This document shows, piece by piece, positions 1 through 9,255 of a DNA stretch of 64,000 bases (the stretch's first letter is position 1; each line of letters starts with the position of its first letter). The position numbers and the translations under genes were made by a program. The stretch is from an uncultured Candidatus Saccharibacteria bacterium (lineage in GTDB: Bacteria; Patescibacteriota; Minisyncoccia; Phycocordibacterales; UBA12088), in the NCBI GenBank assembly GCA_964562615.1, contig CAZLUD010000001.1:257072-321071 (forward strand), in the 5' to 3' direction. The notes under the pieces were generated by a model. It was not told the DNA's origin. It searched no databases and saw only the letters and a list, made by a program, of their open reading frames with translations.

Positions 1-1093
1 CAACTGGGTCCTCAAGTGAAAGTACGTTTTGTGTTTCTCTGTCGGTATTCCACAACATGGCTTGTAGCGAAGTAGACTTTCCTGATCCGGTTGGACCAGT
101 AATAAGGATGAGCCCGTATGGTTGATCTATCGCCTCTCTAATAGTAGTGAGCTGCGCTTGATTAAAGCCCAGTGATTCAATTGGCTTTGCTCCTGTCTCT
201 CTATCAAGAATACGCATCACGACTTTTTCTCCATATACCGCAGGAAATGTAGAGACACGGAAATCGATTTTTCTATTACTTATCGTAGCGGAGAATCTTC
301 CGTCTTGTGGCTTTCGCTTTTCGTCGAGCTTCATCGAGGCAAGGATTTTTATACGCGCAACCACAGCTCGGTGCACTTTAGGAGGTAGCACAATAGAAGT
401 GTAGAGCACGCCATCAAGCCTAAAACGTACTCGCACTTTCTCACCGGTGTGTTCTATGTGAATGTCTGATGCCTTTCCTTCAACTGCATTTCGTAGCAAA
501 GTTGCTACAATCTTAGTTACCGGGGCATCTTCTTTAATAGCATCCAGCTTTTCACCTTTTTCTATGGTTGGTGCTTGGTCTAGATTATGCTCTTCTTGAT
601 CACCCTTAAGCTCTGTTTCAAGATCATCAAGTGCCTTCCCTACCGTACCGGAAAGACCTTTGTACATATCCATCACCTTTTGGTAATCAGCTTGCCCGAT
701 CAAAAATATTTTATACGGCATGTTTACCTTTGCCGATATAAAGTTAAGCGCATCAAGCGCTTCGATATTTTCAGGATCAAGCATGCCAATTTCAAGCACA
801 CCCTCTGCTACCCCCAAAGGGACAAATTGGTAGTGCGCAGCCGACTCCTCGGGGATGTACTGCAATACCTCGTACGGAATGAGTGTATCTTGTCGTATCT
901 CTCTTTGAGGAAGTTCGTAGTGTGAGCCTTTTGCATTCAAAATATCAGCGGCGGATATTCCTCGCTTTATCAACAGATCCTCTATTGCTTCACCGGTGGA
1001 GCGTGACTCTTCATCAATGGACGTAACATCAGCCTCATCGATAATGCCTTTTTCTTTTAAGAGCTCAAGTACATTCATACTAGTGTTACTCAT
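1..1093 (-). CDS. pilB: Type IV pilus assembly ATPase PilB/GspE family, 5' portion; gene continues beyond window start
   Basis: Manual translation of minus strand from ATG at 1091-1093 gives MSNTSMNVLELLKEKGIIDEADV... (GspII_E N-terminal domain), then ...DIHIEH...RFRLDGVL... and Walker A LITGPTGSGKSTS near position 1. Not in ORF track because truncated. Confidence 0.8.
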   Translation of the reverse strand, partial: MSNTSMNVLELLKEKGIIDEADVTSIDEESRSTGEAIEDLLIKRGISAADILNAKGSHYELPQREIRQDTLIPYEVLQYIPEESAAHYQFVPLGVAEGVLEIGMLDPENIEALDALNFISAKVNMPYKIFLIGQADYQKVMDMYKGLSGTVGKALDDLETELKGDQEEHNLDQAPTIEKGEKLDAIKEDAPVTKIVATLLRNAVEGKASDIHIEHTGEKVRVRFRLDGVLYTSIVLPPKVHRAVVARIKILASMKLDEKRKPQDGRFSATISNRKIDFRVSTFPAVYGEKVVMRILDRETGAKPIESLGFNQAQLTTIREAIDQPYGLILITGPTGSGKSTSLQAMLWNTDRETQNVLSLEDPV

Positions 1094-1129
1094 TAGTATA
1101 CTACGAGCACACAAAAGAGTTATGCAATA

Positions 1130-1507
1130 TTATCTTGTCCTACCTGGACTAAAGACATTGTTGGAACTACTTTGCGCTTGCACCTGCCCACTTATCGGAG
1201 CAAATGGGTTTGGTCGTCCTATTTTTTGTGGTTCAATCTTTTGTGTCATATCAACAAGTACTCGAAGTGCTGGATCTTCAAAAATAGTTGCATCGAGTCT
1301 GATTCTTTGAAGTTGCAGGAGCTCATTTAATAGCTCTTGCTCAAGCACTGCAGCAGTCCCCCCACCGGCAACAAGCGCGGGATTAGCAACCGCCGCACTT
1401 GATGAAAAGAATGTCGAATACACATAGTAGCCACCTGCTAGCACCAGTACGAGTATGAATATTCCTTTATACGCAAGAAGTTTTTGTAACATAATTATGG
1501 AAGCCAA
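1130..1507 (-). CDS. Hypothetical pilus-associated membrane protein, between pilO-like and pilB
   Basis: 125 aa ORF with N-terminal TM helix (IFILVLVLAGGYYVY); lies inside pilM-N-O-x-pilB operon; start possibly at internal Met (about 1492). Confidence 0.4.
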   Translation of the reverse strand: MASIIMLQKLLAYKGIFILVLVLAGGYYVYSTFFSSSAAVANPALVAGGGTAAVLEQELLNELLQLQRIRLDATIFEDPALRVLVDMTQKIEPQKIGRPNPFAPISGQVQAQSSSNNVFSPGRTR

Positions 1508-2172
1508 TAGGTATTGATACCGATGTCATATGTATACGTCGTGGAGCCAGAATCTGATGATGGGTCGATGCTAAGACTGGTGATATCTACAATGCGCAAA
1601 CTTCTTTCAAGATCATTCATGAAAGAAATAAACTCTTCGTAAGTTGCCTCAACCGTAAATGTCATACCAACCGAGCGATACATTGGCGCTGGCCCACCAG
1701 GCGCTGCTGAGGTAACCATACCATCACTAAATCCTGCCCCACCTACACCTGATGCCTCTGGTGCAAAACCGGCAGGTGCACCAACTTGTTGCGTAGGTGC
1801 TGGGGTTCCTGCTTGGGTAGTAGCGCCAGTGGTGCCCTCTGACTCGCTGCTGTCTCCACTAAATCCAAAATCATCCAGTGTGAGTCCATGTTGCTTAGCA
1901 ATACTTTCGATATCAAGAATAAGGCGCACATTATCTATTTGGTCTGGAAGCATTTTTTGTAGACGCTCCAAATCAGTATCATTAAATGTGTTGTAGCGTG
2001 AGAGGAGACCGTCTCTTGCGGATTGTAGCTCTTTTGCCTTGGTAAGTGCTTGGTCATACCGATCATTCTCTGCGATGAGCGCTTGCACACTTTTGTAGGT
2101 AGGATCAACGTACGTAAAAAACAATCCACCAGCAACCAGTATGAAAAATATGGGCATGAATACTCCGGACAT
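1495..2172 (-). CDS. pilO: PilO-like type IV pilus inner-membrane assembly protein
   Basis: 225 aa, single N-terminal TM then coiled-coil (ENDRYDQALTKAKELQ) and low-complexity periplasmic tail; position after pilN. Confidence 0.55.
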   Translation of the reverse strand: MSGVFMPIFFILVAGGLFFTYVDPTYKSVQALIAENDRYDQALTKAKELQSARDGLLSRYNTFNDTDLERLQKMLPDQIDNVRLILDIESIAKQHGLTLDDFGFSGDSSESEGTTGATTQAGTPAPTQQVGAPAGFAPEASGVGGAGFSDGMVTSAAPGGPAPMYRSVGMTFTVEATYEEFISFMNDLERSLRIVDITSLSIDPSSDSGSTTYTYDIGINTYWLP

Positions 2173-2219
2173 ACTAGTGTTGAGATGCTATTAGGTTGTT
2201 GGTAAAGGTATACATGATA

Positions 2220-2975
2220 TTAAAATCCAAAATCATCAATATTAAGATCATCCACATTGACGTCATCTGTATTCAAAAGCGCGTCATCAGGATTAAATGT
2301 GGCATCGGCAGCAGATGCAGGCAATGATGACTCTACTCCTGCGAGGGCTTCAAATAGTGCTAGGTTCTTTATAAATGAAACTGTCTGTGGCTCAACAGAC
2401 GCTTTGAATGCAAAGGTAATAGTACCCTCATCTGAATCAAGATCACTTACGACCGGCTCAATAAGGAAATTATTTTCTCCGTATGCATCTGATTGGAGTG
2501 CCACCGCCTCAAAATCTGTAGCGACACCCGCCATGCTTATAGTAGGAAATCCGTTGTCATTAGAATAATCAAATGAGTCGTATCGCACAGACTCAAGTGT
2601 TACCTGCTCAAGAATCCCAAATATCGCTGATGGTGCGACATGTAGCTCGAGAATTTCTTTTGCTGCCTGAATGCGTGTATCAAGACGAGTAAGCTCTCTG
2701 ATGAGCGCGGGTTGAAACGCGTCGCGTGCTCGCTCGAGCGTGTCCTTTTTAGTTGCGATACTCTCGGTGAGATATCGCTCATAAAGAAACAATCCAGCGG
2801 ACAAACCTACCGCCGCAAGAAATACAATAAGACTGATGAAGGAACCAAGACCGAGCCCTACCCTCTTGCGAGGCGCACGCTGTGGTGCGACCGATGACTC
2901 GAGAGATTGCTTCGGTATAAATGATGTCTTAAATTTTGGCTCCACAGTATATGTAGTATACGCTAGGTAGTGCAA
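2220..2975 (-). CDS. pilN: PilN-like type IV pilus assembly protein
   Basis: 251 aa, short cytoplasmic N-term, TM (FISLIVFLAAVGLSAGLFLY), periplasmic domain; immediately downstream of pilM. Confidence 0.55.
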   Translation of the reverse strand: MHYLAYTTYTVEPKFKTSFIPKQSLESSVAPQRAPRKRVGLGLGSFISLIVFLAAVGLSAGLFLYERYLTESIATKKDTLERARDAFQPALIRELTRLDTRIQAAKEILELHVAPSAIFGILEQVTLESVRYDSFDYSNDNGFPTISMAGVATDFEAVALQSDAYGENNFLIEPVVSDLDSDEGTITFAFKASVEPQTVSFIKNLALFEALAGVESSLPASAADATFNPDDALLNTDDVNVDDLNIDDFGF

Positions 2976-3008
2976 TTAACTATACGCAACCTGTTGAAAA
3001 CTTACGCA

Positions 3009-4205
3009 CTACTCTTCTTCTTGAAGTTTGCGAAGTGCCAATCCCACTGCAACAGCAAAATCTGGACCAGCACCTTTTAACACTTCTTCAAGAAATGCAG
3101 GTGACTGCACCTTTTGAAATGGATCCGCAAGCACCACCTCCATATCAAAGCGCTCCGCAGCAAAACCCTTTAATCCCTGAATTGATGCCCCGGCACCAGT
3201 AAATACTATTTTGTTTACATTTTTGTTATAGCGCTTTTGGTAGCTAAGGATAGAGCGCTTCGCCTCCGAAAATATAAATTCCATGGTGAGTTGCGCAGTT
3301 TGTGACACGCTCTTTCCGTCTGCTCCTGTCCCTGCGCCGAGTAGCCCAAGTTCGCGCTTCATTTTTTCGGCTTTATCTATTGGTATCCCCAATGATCGCG
3401 AGAGCGATAGAGTGATGTCTTGTGATCCTTTACTTATGATATGTGACACACGGACAATACCGTACTCAACCACATAGAGTTTGGTTGAAGATGCGCCGAT
3501 ATCTATAACGACAAATGGCGCCGTTCCCCTATCCATCACCGCTCTGATAGAGCTGAAAATTTCTATTTCAAAAAATGCTGGTTTTAATCCTGATAGGGTG
3601 AGTACCTCGGCATACTTGCGAAGCATTTCATTATGAATGGCAACAAGCAACACAGTGGTTGTGCTTGTTGGAACCTTTGGTGCTTGCTGTTGAGGAGTGG
3701 CGGCAGCAGGTCCAGAAATCTGCTCTGCCTTTTGCTCTGGTGAATCTTTTGAAAAAAATCTTGCGTCATCATTAGGAATAACAAACCAATCAAGCTGCAC
3801 CTCGGTTATAGGAACGGGGATATATTTGCGTGCTTCTATTGGGATCATTTTTGCCAGCTGCGTTTGATCAAGCGCTGGCATTTCGATAAGCGTGATAAGA
3901 CTTGAGGCAAATGGAACAGACACCCCGCAATCCATAGTGGTAACATTTGCTTCTTGCATCAAATCTTTGAGCGCCTCAGATAATTTGTCTGCGGGCAAAT
4001 TAGTAGAGCGACCTGTCTCAAGTGAAGCATACGGACCAAGCGCTATTTCGCCATACGTTTCAAGTAGTGCTACCCCCTTCTCTTTTCGTAGCTGTACTAC
4101 TTTTATAGATGAATTTCCGATATCAACGCCAAGCACACTCTTTCCAGCTGAACTGAAAAGTCCTGACCCGAGCGAACCAATTAATTTGGAAAACATTCCC
4201 GCCAT
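3009..4205 (-). CDS. pilM: Type IV pilus assembly protein PilM (actin-like ATPase fold)
   Basis: 398 aa; VLGVDIGNSSIKVVQL start typical of PilM/FtsA-like; precedes pilN/pilO. Confidence 0.8.
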   Translation of the reverse strand: MAGMFSKLIGSLGSGLFSSAGKSVLGVDIGNSSIKVVQLRKEKGVALLETYGEIALGPYASLETGRSTNLPADKLSEALKDLMQEANVTTMDCGVSVPFASSLITLIEMPALDQTQLAKMIPIEARKYIPVPITEVQLDWFVIPNDDARFFSKDSPEQKAEQISGPAAATPQQQAPKVPTSTTTVLLVAIHNEMLRKYAEVLTLSGLKPAFFEIEIFSSIRAVMDRGTAPFVVIDIGASSTKLYVVEYGIVRVSHIISKGSQDITLSLSRSLGIPIDKAEKMKRELGLLGAGTGADGKSVSQTAQLTMEFIFSEAKRSILSYQKRYNKNVNKIVFTGAGASIQGLKGFAAERFDMEVVLADPFQKVQSPAFLEEVLKGAGPDFAVAVGLALRKLQEEE

Positions 4206-4268
4206 TGTCTTATATATGCCTTTTTAGTATAGCACCCTAACGCTATTATAAGAGTATCGATTGTTTAT

Positions 4269-4910
4269 ATGTATATTATAGAACGATTGCTTAGTATTCT
4301 ATTCCCCTACTCAGATGAGGTGGCAAACGTGACCACCATGCCGCTTGAAGTGCTCTTTAATAAGATCACCCCCCACGTAATCGAAGATAGCGCTTGTATT
4401 TCCCTTTATTCATATCATGATCCATTGGTACGTGCGCTGGTATATGCGGCAAAGTTTGAAGGCTCAAAAGAAGCAGCATACCGTATCGCCCTACTTATGA
4501 ATGAAGCACTGAAAGAAGTACTGTTTGAAAAACTACTCTTTGAGGGCATTGATACACCATTACTCATACCAGTCCCCCTTGGTAAAGTTCGTATGAAAAC
4601 ACGTGGCTTTAACCAAGCAGAACGTATTGCTCACCGCCTTGCCTTGTTGCTTCCCCAGCTTGGCACCGTGACTACCGGTGTGCTTATTCGTTCTCGTGAC
4701 ACAAAAAAGCAATCGCATATACGCAGTGACGGTGCGCGAGCAGAGAATGTTCGTAAAGCATTTTCAATACCACACCCAGAGCTATTATATGGTAAACATG
4801 TCATACTCATTGATGACGTGGTCTCAACCGGAAGCACTCTCTATGAATGCAGCAAGGTAATAGAGGGCGCTGGAGGTCGACCAGTAGTAGCTATAGCCTT
4901 TGCTCGGTAA
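4269..4910 (+). CDS. comFC: ComF family protein (ComFC-like phosphoribosyltransferase-domain competence protein)
   Basis: C-terminal PRTase motif HVILIDDVVSTGSTL, GFNQAE motif; divergent from pilM. Confidence 0.75.
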   Translation: MYIIERLLSILFPYSDEVANVTTMPLEVLFNKITPHVIEDSACISLYSYHDPLVRALVYAAKFEGSKEAAYRIALLMNEALKEVLFEKLLFEGIDTPLLIPVPLGKVRMKTRGFNQAERIAHRLALLLPQLGTVTTGVLIRSRDTKKQSHIRSDGARAENVRKAFSIPHPELLYGKHVILIDDVVSTGSTLYECSKVIEGAGGRPVVAIAFAR

Positions 4911-5313
4911 GCAAAAACTAACCATATCTATCCAAGACAAGTACATGCTACAGACATTACACACCACACTCTCAACCAAAACAAAAATGCTGGTAGGATT
5001 ACCACTTGTTGGACTTATCCTTATTGGATTATCTATCCATACCTATTATTCGTGGCACGATAAGCAATACTTTGGTGAGATAGTACAAGTTACTGATACC
5101 TCCATCACCATCTCGGATAAACGAATAGGAACAAGAACCCTAGAAATACATCAAGATACTGTCGTTAAAAAAGGGAGAATATCTGAAGTCGCCCTTATGG
5201 AGGGCATGAGCGTTATCATTACCACAAGCAGAACCAATAATCAGCACGCAAGTTTTATTCGCGTGGTGGAGCATCCGCCTCGAAAAAGTTCTCCCTTTGA
5301 TGTCCTTCGCTAA
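4900..5313 (+). CDS. Hypothetical membrane-anchored protein
   Basis: 137 aa ORF with TM segment LVGLPLVGLILIGL; no recognisable domain. Confidence 0.35.
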   Translation: MLGKQKLTISIQDKYMLQTLHTTLSTKTKMLVGLPLVGLILIGLSIHTYYSWHDKQYFGEIVQVTDTSITISDKRIGTRTLEIHQDTVVKKGRISEVALMEGMSVIITTSRTNNQHASFIRVVEHPPRKSSPFDVLR

Positions 5314-5896
5314 CCCCATGAAGCCTACACCTACGACACTTGCGACATACAAGCCGTTTCTATTTATCATCCCATTCGTGGGCTTTTCTATATTGTTTTA
5401 CACACTATCCCCAGAGACTATCATCGAATACATAGGGGTAGAAAACGCATATCTATTTATAGGCGTATTAGCATTTTTAGGAGGAGTTACTACCTTTAGC
5501 GGTATTCCCTACCATATTGTTCTTGTATCACTCGCGCTTGGTGGGCTTAATCCATTTATACTTGGAGGCGTCACTGCATTTGCCGTGATGGCAGGAGATG
5601 CCACCTCATATTATTTAGGAACGCAAACCCGATCACTGTTATCACAGAGGATGAATGAGTGGCTTGAAAAGCTTAGACTGTTGTATACAAACCACCCCCA
5701 CCTCCTTCCTGCAGTATTTTTTGGGTATGGATGTCTCATGCCTTTTTCAAATGATGTCATCACCATCCCCATGGGTATGCTTGGCTACCCCTTTTGGAAG
5801 GTAATCATCCCCCTTGGTCTTGGTAACCTTATTTTCAACACCACCCTCGCCCTACTTGCGGTATACGCCTACGACTATCTTGAGTATTTCTTTTAG
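5297..5896 (+). CDS. DedA / VTT-domain (SNARE-associated) family membrane protein
   Basis: 199 aa polytopic membrane protein, G-rich TM core (LAFLGGVTTFSGIPY...LGGLNPFILGG) typical of DedA/TVP38 family. Confidence 0.5.
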   Translation: MMSFANPMKPTPTTLATYKPFLFIIPFVGFSILFYTLSPETIIEYIGVENAYLFIGVLAFLGGVTTFSGIPYHIVLVSLALGGLNPFILGGVTAFAVMAGDATSYYLGTQTRSLLSQRMNEWLEKLRLLYTNHPHLLPAVFFGYGCLMPFSNDVITIPMGMLGYPFWKVIIPLGLGNLIFNTTLALLAVYAYDYLEYFF

Positions 5897-5906
5897 TAAC
5901 GCGTCA

Positions 5907-6197
5907 TCATACTTGCTGATAATTTCTAAACACTTCATTCTCTGGTAACCGCAAATCCTTGTAGACAAAACTGACACCATATGCCCTCAGCGCAGAAACG
6001 GGATCATCAACTCGCTCAACTCTCTTTGGGGTAAGTATATCTTTAGTAATCACCTCCAAATTACCTAGTCCATCTTTGTGAAAAAATGCATCTTTTTCAA
6101 AAGTATATAGATACCCTCCATCCCCATATAATGCAATGAGGCTTTCTTCCAATGAATCAAATCCGAAAATCTCCACTTCCTTCTTGTATTCATACAA
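5907..6197 (-). CDS. Hypothetical protein (downstream of CDPS, same strand)
   Basis: 96 aa ORF, AT-rich, co-oriented with CDPS; no recognised domain. Confidence 0.35.
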   Translation of the reverse strand: MYEYKKEVEIFGFDSLEESLIALYGDGGYLYTFEKDAFFHKDGLGNLEVITKDILTPKRVERVDDPVSALRAYGVSFVYKDLRLPENEVFRNYQQV

Positions 6198-6227
6198 ATC
6201 AACTCCCTTGTTGTAATGTGCTATCCT

Positions 6228-6437
6228 TCAATCAATTACGTATGGTTTAGGGGTACAGGTATACACAAGAGCTATCCATTTATGTGTGGTGGTGTGGAAA
6301 GAAACTTCATCAAAAATAGTGCATATCACCCCGTCATTGTCAGCGCTATTTCGAATATGTCGCTTGGGAATAGCACAATCAAACGAGTCACTTGATCCAT
6401 GGTATACGTATGCATCATCTAGCTCTGACTGATGCAT
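6228..6437 (-). CDS. Hypothetical small protein (downstream of CDPS)
   Basis: 69 aa ORF 6 nt downstream of CDPS stop; Cys-containing; no recognised domain. Confidence 0.3.
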   Translation of the reverse strand: MHQSELDDAYVYHGSSDSFDCAIPKRHIRNSADNDGVICTIFDEVSFHTTTHKWIALVYTCTPKPYVID

Positions 6438-6443
6438 ATGTAT

Positions 6444-7175
6444 TTAATAGTCCTTTATCAATTGCCCAGCAACTGGCTTTTGTAAATAATCTTCAACCAG
6501 AACACAAAGCTGCCGAAGTTGTAATGTTGAGGCGCTGAAATATTTACCACCTCTTATATCAAGAACAAATTGGCTCATTCCACTATCGACGTAGGTCGGA
6601 TACAAAATCAAATTATACAATGTGTTATTCCAAAATATTCCACCCAGTAACGTTGGGAGTTCACTTATTATGTACCCCGCAAGCTTATCCCTATCTTCAT
6701 TTGATACCGTTACATCTCTAAGTTCAATGTATTTGTTAACAAAATAGAGTACCCGCTCTCGAAATGCGGTATTCGATGTATATTCTTCAGCAAGAATTTC
6801 TCTCAAATGATCATAGCCGCTATTTTTTATGTCACTCCAGAATATTATATGCGTGTTTGCTATATAGGTGGGATCATTCTCTTTTCGTGCAAGATTACGA
6901 ATTGCTTTATCAAACATTCCTTTTATTCCATAACCCTTTTGCTGCACTTTCTCTTCAGCCTCCTCTTTGCTTAATCCCCTAAAGACCATCCAGTTAATGA
7001 CATCAATATCATCAGCGATAAGTATGAGAGCGTTATCCTTTGAATGGTGATGTGCCCATTGCACATACCGCTCCGCGAGCTCGGGTGTAAGGAGCTTATT
7101 TCCTAAACTGATACCCACAAAAATATTGAATAGTTTTTTGTTTATTTCCTCCTCCGTAACATGAAAATATTGCAT
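6444..7175 (-). CDS. tRNA-dependent cyclodipeptide synthase (CDPS, AlbC family)
   Basis: 243 aa; N-terminal IFVGISLGN matches the AlbC catalytic-Ser motif (ALIGISAGN); GYIISELP matches the AlbC Y178/E182 region (Y..AEAP); later YPTYVD matches the Y202 region; size and Rossmann-like layout fit CDPS. Confidence 0.7.
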   Translation of the reverse strand: MQYFHVTEEEINKKLFNIFVGISLGNKLLTPELAERYVQWAHHHSKDNALILIADDIDVINWMVFRGLSKEEAEEKVQQKGYGIKGMFDKAIRNLARKENDPTYIANTHIIFWSDIKNSGYDHLREILAEEYTSNTAFRERVLYFVNKYIELRDVTVSNEDRDKLAGYIISELPTLLGGIFWNNTLYNLILYPTYVDSGMSQFVLDIRGGKYFSASTLQLRQLCVLVEDYLQKPVAGQLIKDY

Positions 7176-7277
7176 ATTGTTATATTAAAACATATTTACG
7201 CGTATGAATATGTGTTCGGTTCTCTACCAAAACCTGCTAGCGCAGTAAAAATCAATCTATATACTGCATGGTATACC

Positions 7278-7883
7278 ATGACAGAATTTTGGGAATCTAG
7301 CTTTCAAAGCAAGCACATGATGTGGGGTGAAAGGCCTGCAGACTGCGTACATGAGGTAGTTGCTTTATTCAAGGAGCAAGGAGTGAAGAATGTTCTTATA
7401 CCCGGCTATGGCTACGGCAGAAACGCCAAGCCATTTATTGATAGCGGATTTGATGTAACAGGGATTGAAATATCACAAACAGCAATTGATTTAGCAAAAA
7501 AACACTCAAGTAATGACATCCTGATTCATCACGGCTCTGTCAGTGCGATGCCATTTGATGACGTGCAGTATGGTGGGATCTTTTGTTATGGGCTAATCCA
7601 TTTATTAGCTAAAGAAGAGAGGGCAAAACTCATCAAGGATTGCTACCGTCAATTACTGCCAGGTGGGTATATGGTATTTGTGGCACTTTCTAAAAATGAT
7701 GCTTCATATGGACAAGGAAAAGAGCTTAGCAGCAACACATTCCTTATGCCGTATGGGGTTACCCTTTTTTACTATGACGCTGATTCCATAAAAAATGAAT
7801 TTGAAGACCACACCATACTTGAGGCAAAAGAAATAAATGAGTCCTCAAGAAAATTTTGGCAGGTGACGTGTAAGAGAAATTGA
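7278..7883 (+). CDS. Class I SAM-dependent methyltransferase (candidate cyclodipeptide tailoring enzyme)
   Basis: Motif I VLIPGYGYGRNAKPFIDSGFDVTGIE, motif post-I/II (HHGSVSAMPFDD), LLPGGYMVF; start taken at internal ATG 7278 (MTEFWESS...); divergent from CDPS. Confidence 0.7.
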   Translation: MTEFWESSFQSKHMMWGERPADCVHEVVALFKEQGVKNVLIPGYGYGRNAKPFIDSGFDVTGIEISQTAIDLAKKHSSNDILIHHGSVSAMPFDDVQYGGIFCYGLIHLLAKEERAKLIKDCYRQLLPGGYMVFVALSKNDASYGQGKELSSNTFLMPYGVTLFYYDADSIKNEFEDHTILEAKEINESSRKFWQVTCKRN

Positions 7884-7911
7884 GAGTTATACCGTATGCA
7901 TATCATGGGTA

Positions 7912-8370
7912 ATGCATAACGACATGATAAAAAGAATTTCAATAGCATCTCTTCAAATAGCAGTTGTACTTATAGGCATAGTGGCATTCGCCATTATGAT
8001 CAGATTCCCTTTAACTGAAGGGCGGGCAATCAATTTGGATATATTTAGCATATACACTGATCCCCTCTTGATATATGAATACTTTGCATCAATGGCATTT
8101 TTTTATGCCTTGTATCAGACATACAAATTACTCGGATACATGCAACAGGATATGCTCTTTTCAAAACACTCTATTGATGCTCTCACAAAAATAAAATATA
8201 GCTCAATACTATTAAGTTTATTGATCATAGGAGCAGGCATATATGTACGGATATTTCACGCGCAAGACGATGATCCTGCAGGCTTCCTTGCGCTTTGTAT
8301 AGTAGCTATATTTGTGCTCAGCATCGTTGCTACTGTAGCGACAATGTTACAGAGAAGATTACGTCACTAG
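7912..8370 (+). CDS. Hypothetical 4-TM membrane protein (co-transcribed with methyltransferase)
   Basis: 152 aa with several hydrophobic helices; 29 nt downstream of MTase stop. Confidence 0.45.
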   Translation: MHNDMIKRISIASLQIAVVLIGIVAFAIMIRFPLTEGRAINLDIFSIYTDPLLIYEYFASMAFFYALYQTYKLLGYMQQDMLFSKHSIDALTKIKYSSILLSLLIIGAGIYVRIFHAQDDDPAGFLALCIVAIFVLSIVATVATMLQRRLRH

Positions 8371-8450
8371 GACGGCGCCTCGTATTGCTTACGCAATATA
8401 CTCCGGCGTACCAGTGTCGCCTTCGCAAAGTCTTGCTTCGGCGTACCGAG

Positions 8451-8475
8451 GGCGGAGAGTGAGGGATTCGACCCG
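8451..8475 (-). repeat. 25-nt direct repeat identical to the 3' end of tRNA-Ser (att-like)
   Basis: ggcggagagtgagggattcgaaccc at 8451-8475 is identical to 12597-12621 (3' T-arm plus acceptor of tRNA-Ser on the minus strand). No matching 5' acceptor, so it is a fragment and not a gene. Confidence 0.75.
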
Positions 8476-8854
8476 CTTTTGCTAAGCCCTGCAGGCTAAG
8501 CACGCTGGTCGCGCCTCGCCGACAATTTTACTTCGCGTTGCTGCGTAAAATCGTAGACCGGCTCCGGCGTTCGAATCCCTCACTTCTCACCCAAAACATA
8601 GTCGCCCAATGCTTCGCATCGTTCTCCTTGTTTTGCGGTGGCGATGTCCCGAAGTTTGAACCGAAAAAGTGGCTCAAATTCAAGGATATTGATAAAAGTA
8701 TACGTGAATTAAGGGCTATGTACAAGATTCATCCTGAATGGTTTGAAACGCCTCACCCAGAGTCCAATAGAGGTAAAAATGAGGTGGATTATTCGATCAT
8801 TGAGCAACCCTACATGGAAACGAAAACGAGGCGTTAGCCTCGTCCCCGCTTTTC

Positions 8855-9073
8855 TTAGCGATCCGTAATAAGATCGTTCAGAGATTTGATATTATGTTCC
8901 TCAAGGTAGGTCCCGAGTTGCATATCAGACCTAACACCAAGGTCAATGCCGTATTGTTTCTCGATTGTGCCAATATGAGTATCATCACGCTTATCGCGCA
9001 GGAGCCCATTTTGGTTTCGAGAACGGCACCCCTTCATGCCAGGTGCGTCGTTCTTGCAATTTGAATTTGCCAT
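8855..9073 (-). CDS. Hypothetical small protein in island
   Basis: 72 aa ORF, no recognised domain. Confidence 0.25.
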   Translation of the reverse strand: MANSNCKNDAPGMKGCRSRNQNGLLRDKRDDTHIGTIEKQYGIDLGVRSDMQLGTYLEEHNIKSLNDLITDR

Positions 9074-9255
9074 AGTACGTCTCGAAATTAAGTTAATAAT
9101 GTCGAGAAAGGTTCGACTACCTCCTTCCTCGCGTCTGACGCGATATGAAGATAGTCATTTTGGCTTTTACAAGAACAGGACGGACTTTAACGTCTCGTTT
9201 TCAGTAATATTATAAATTATTTTAACTAATTCCGCAACCTCCTTTTCCTGCTATT

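Noticed and set aside
8371-8600. Possible complete tRNA or tmRNA gene (T-arm-like GGTTCGAATCC motifs on both strands)
   Set aside because: No 5' acceptor strand (GGAGAGT) complementary to the ACTCTCC 3' acceptor is present, and no D-arm or anticodon arm could be built. Interpreted as duplicated tRNA-Ser 3' fragments (att scars).
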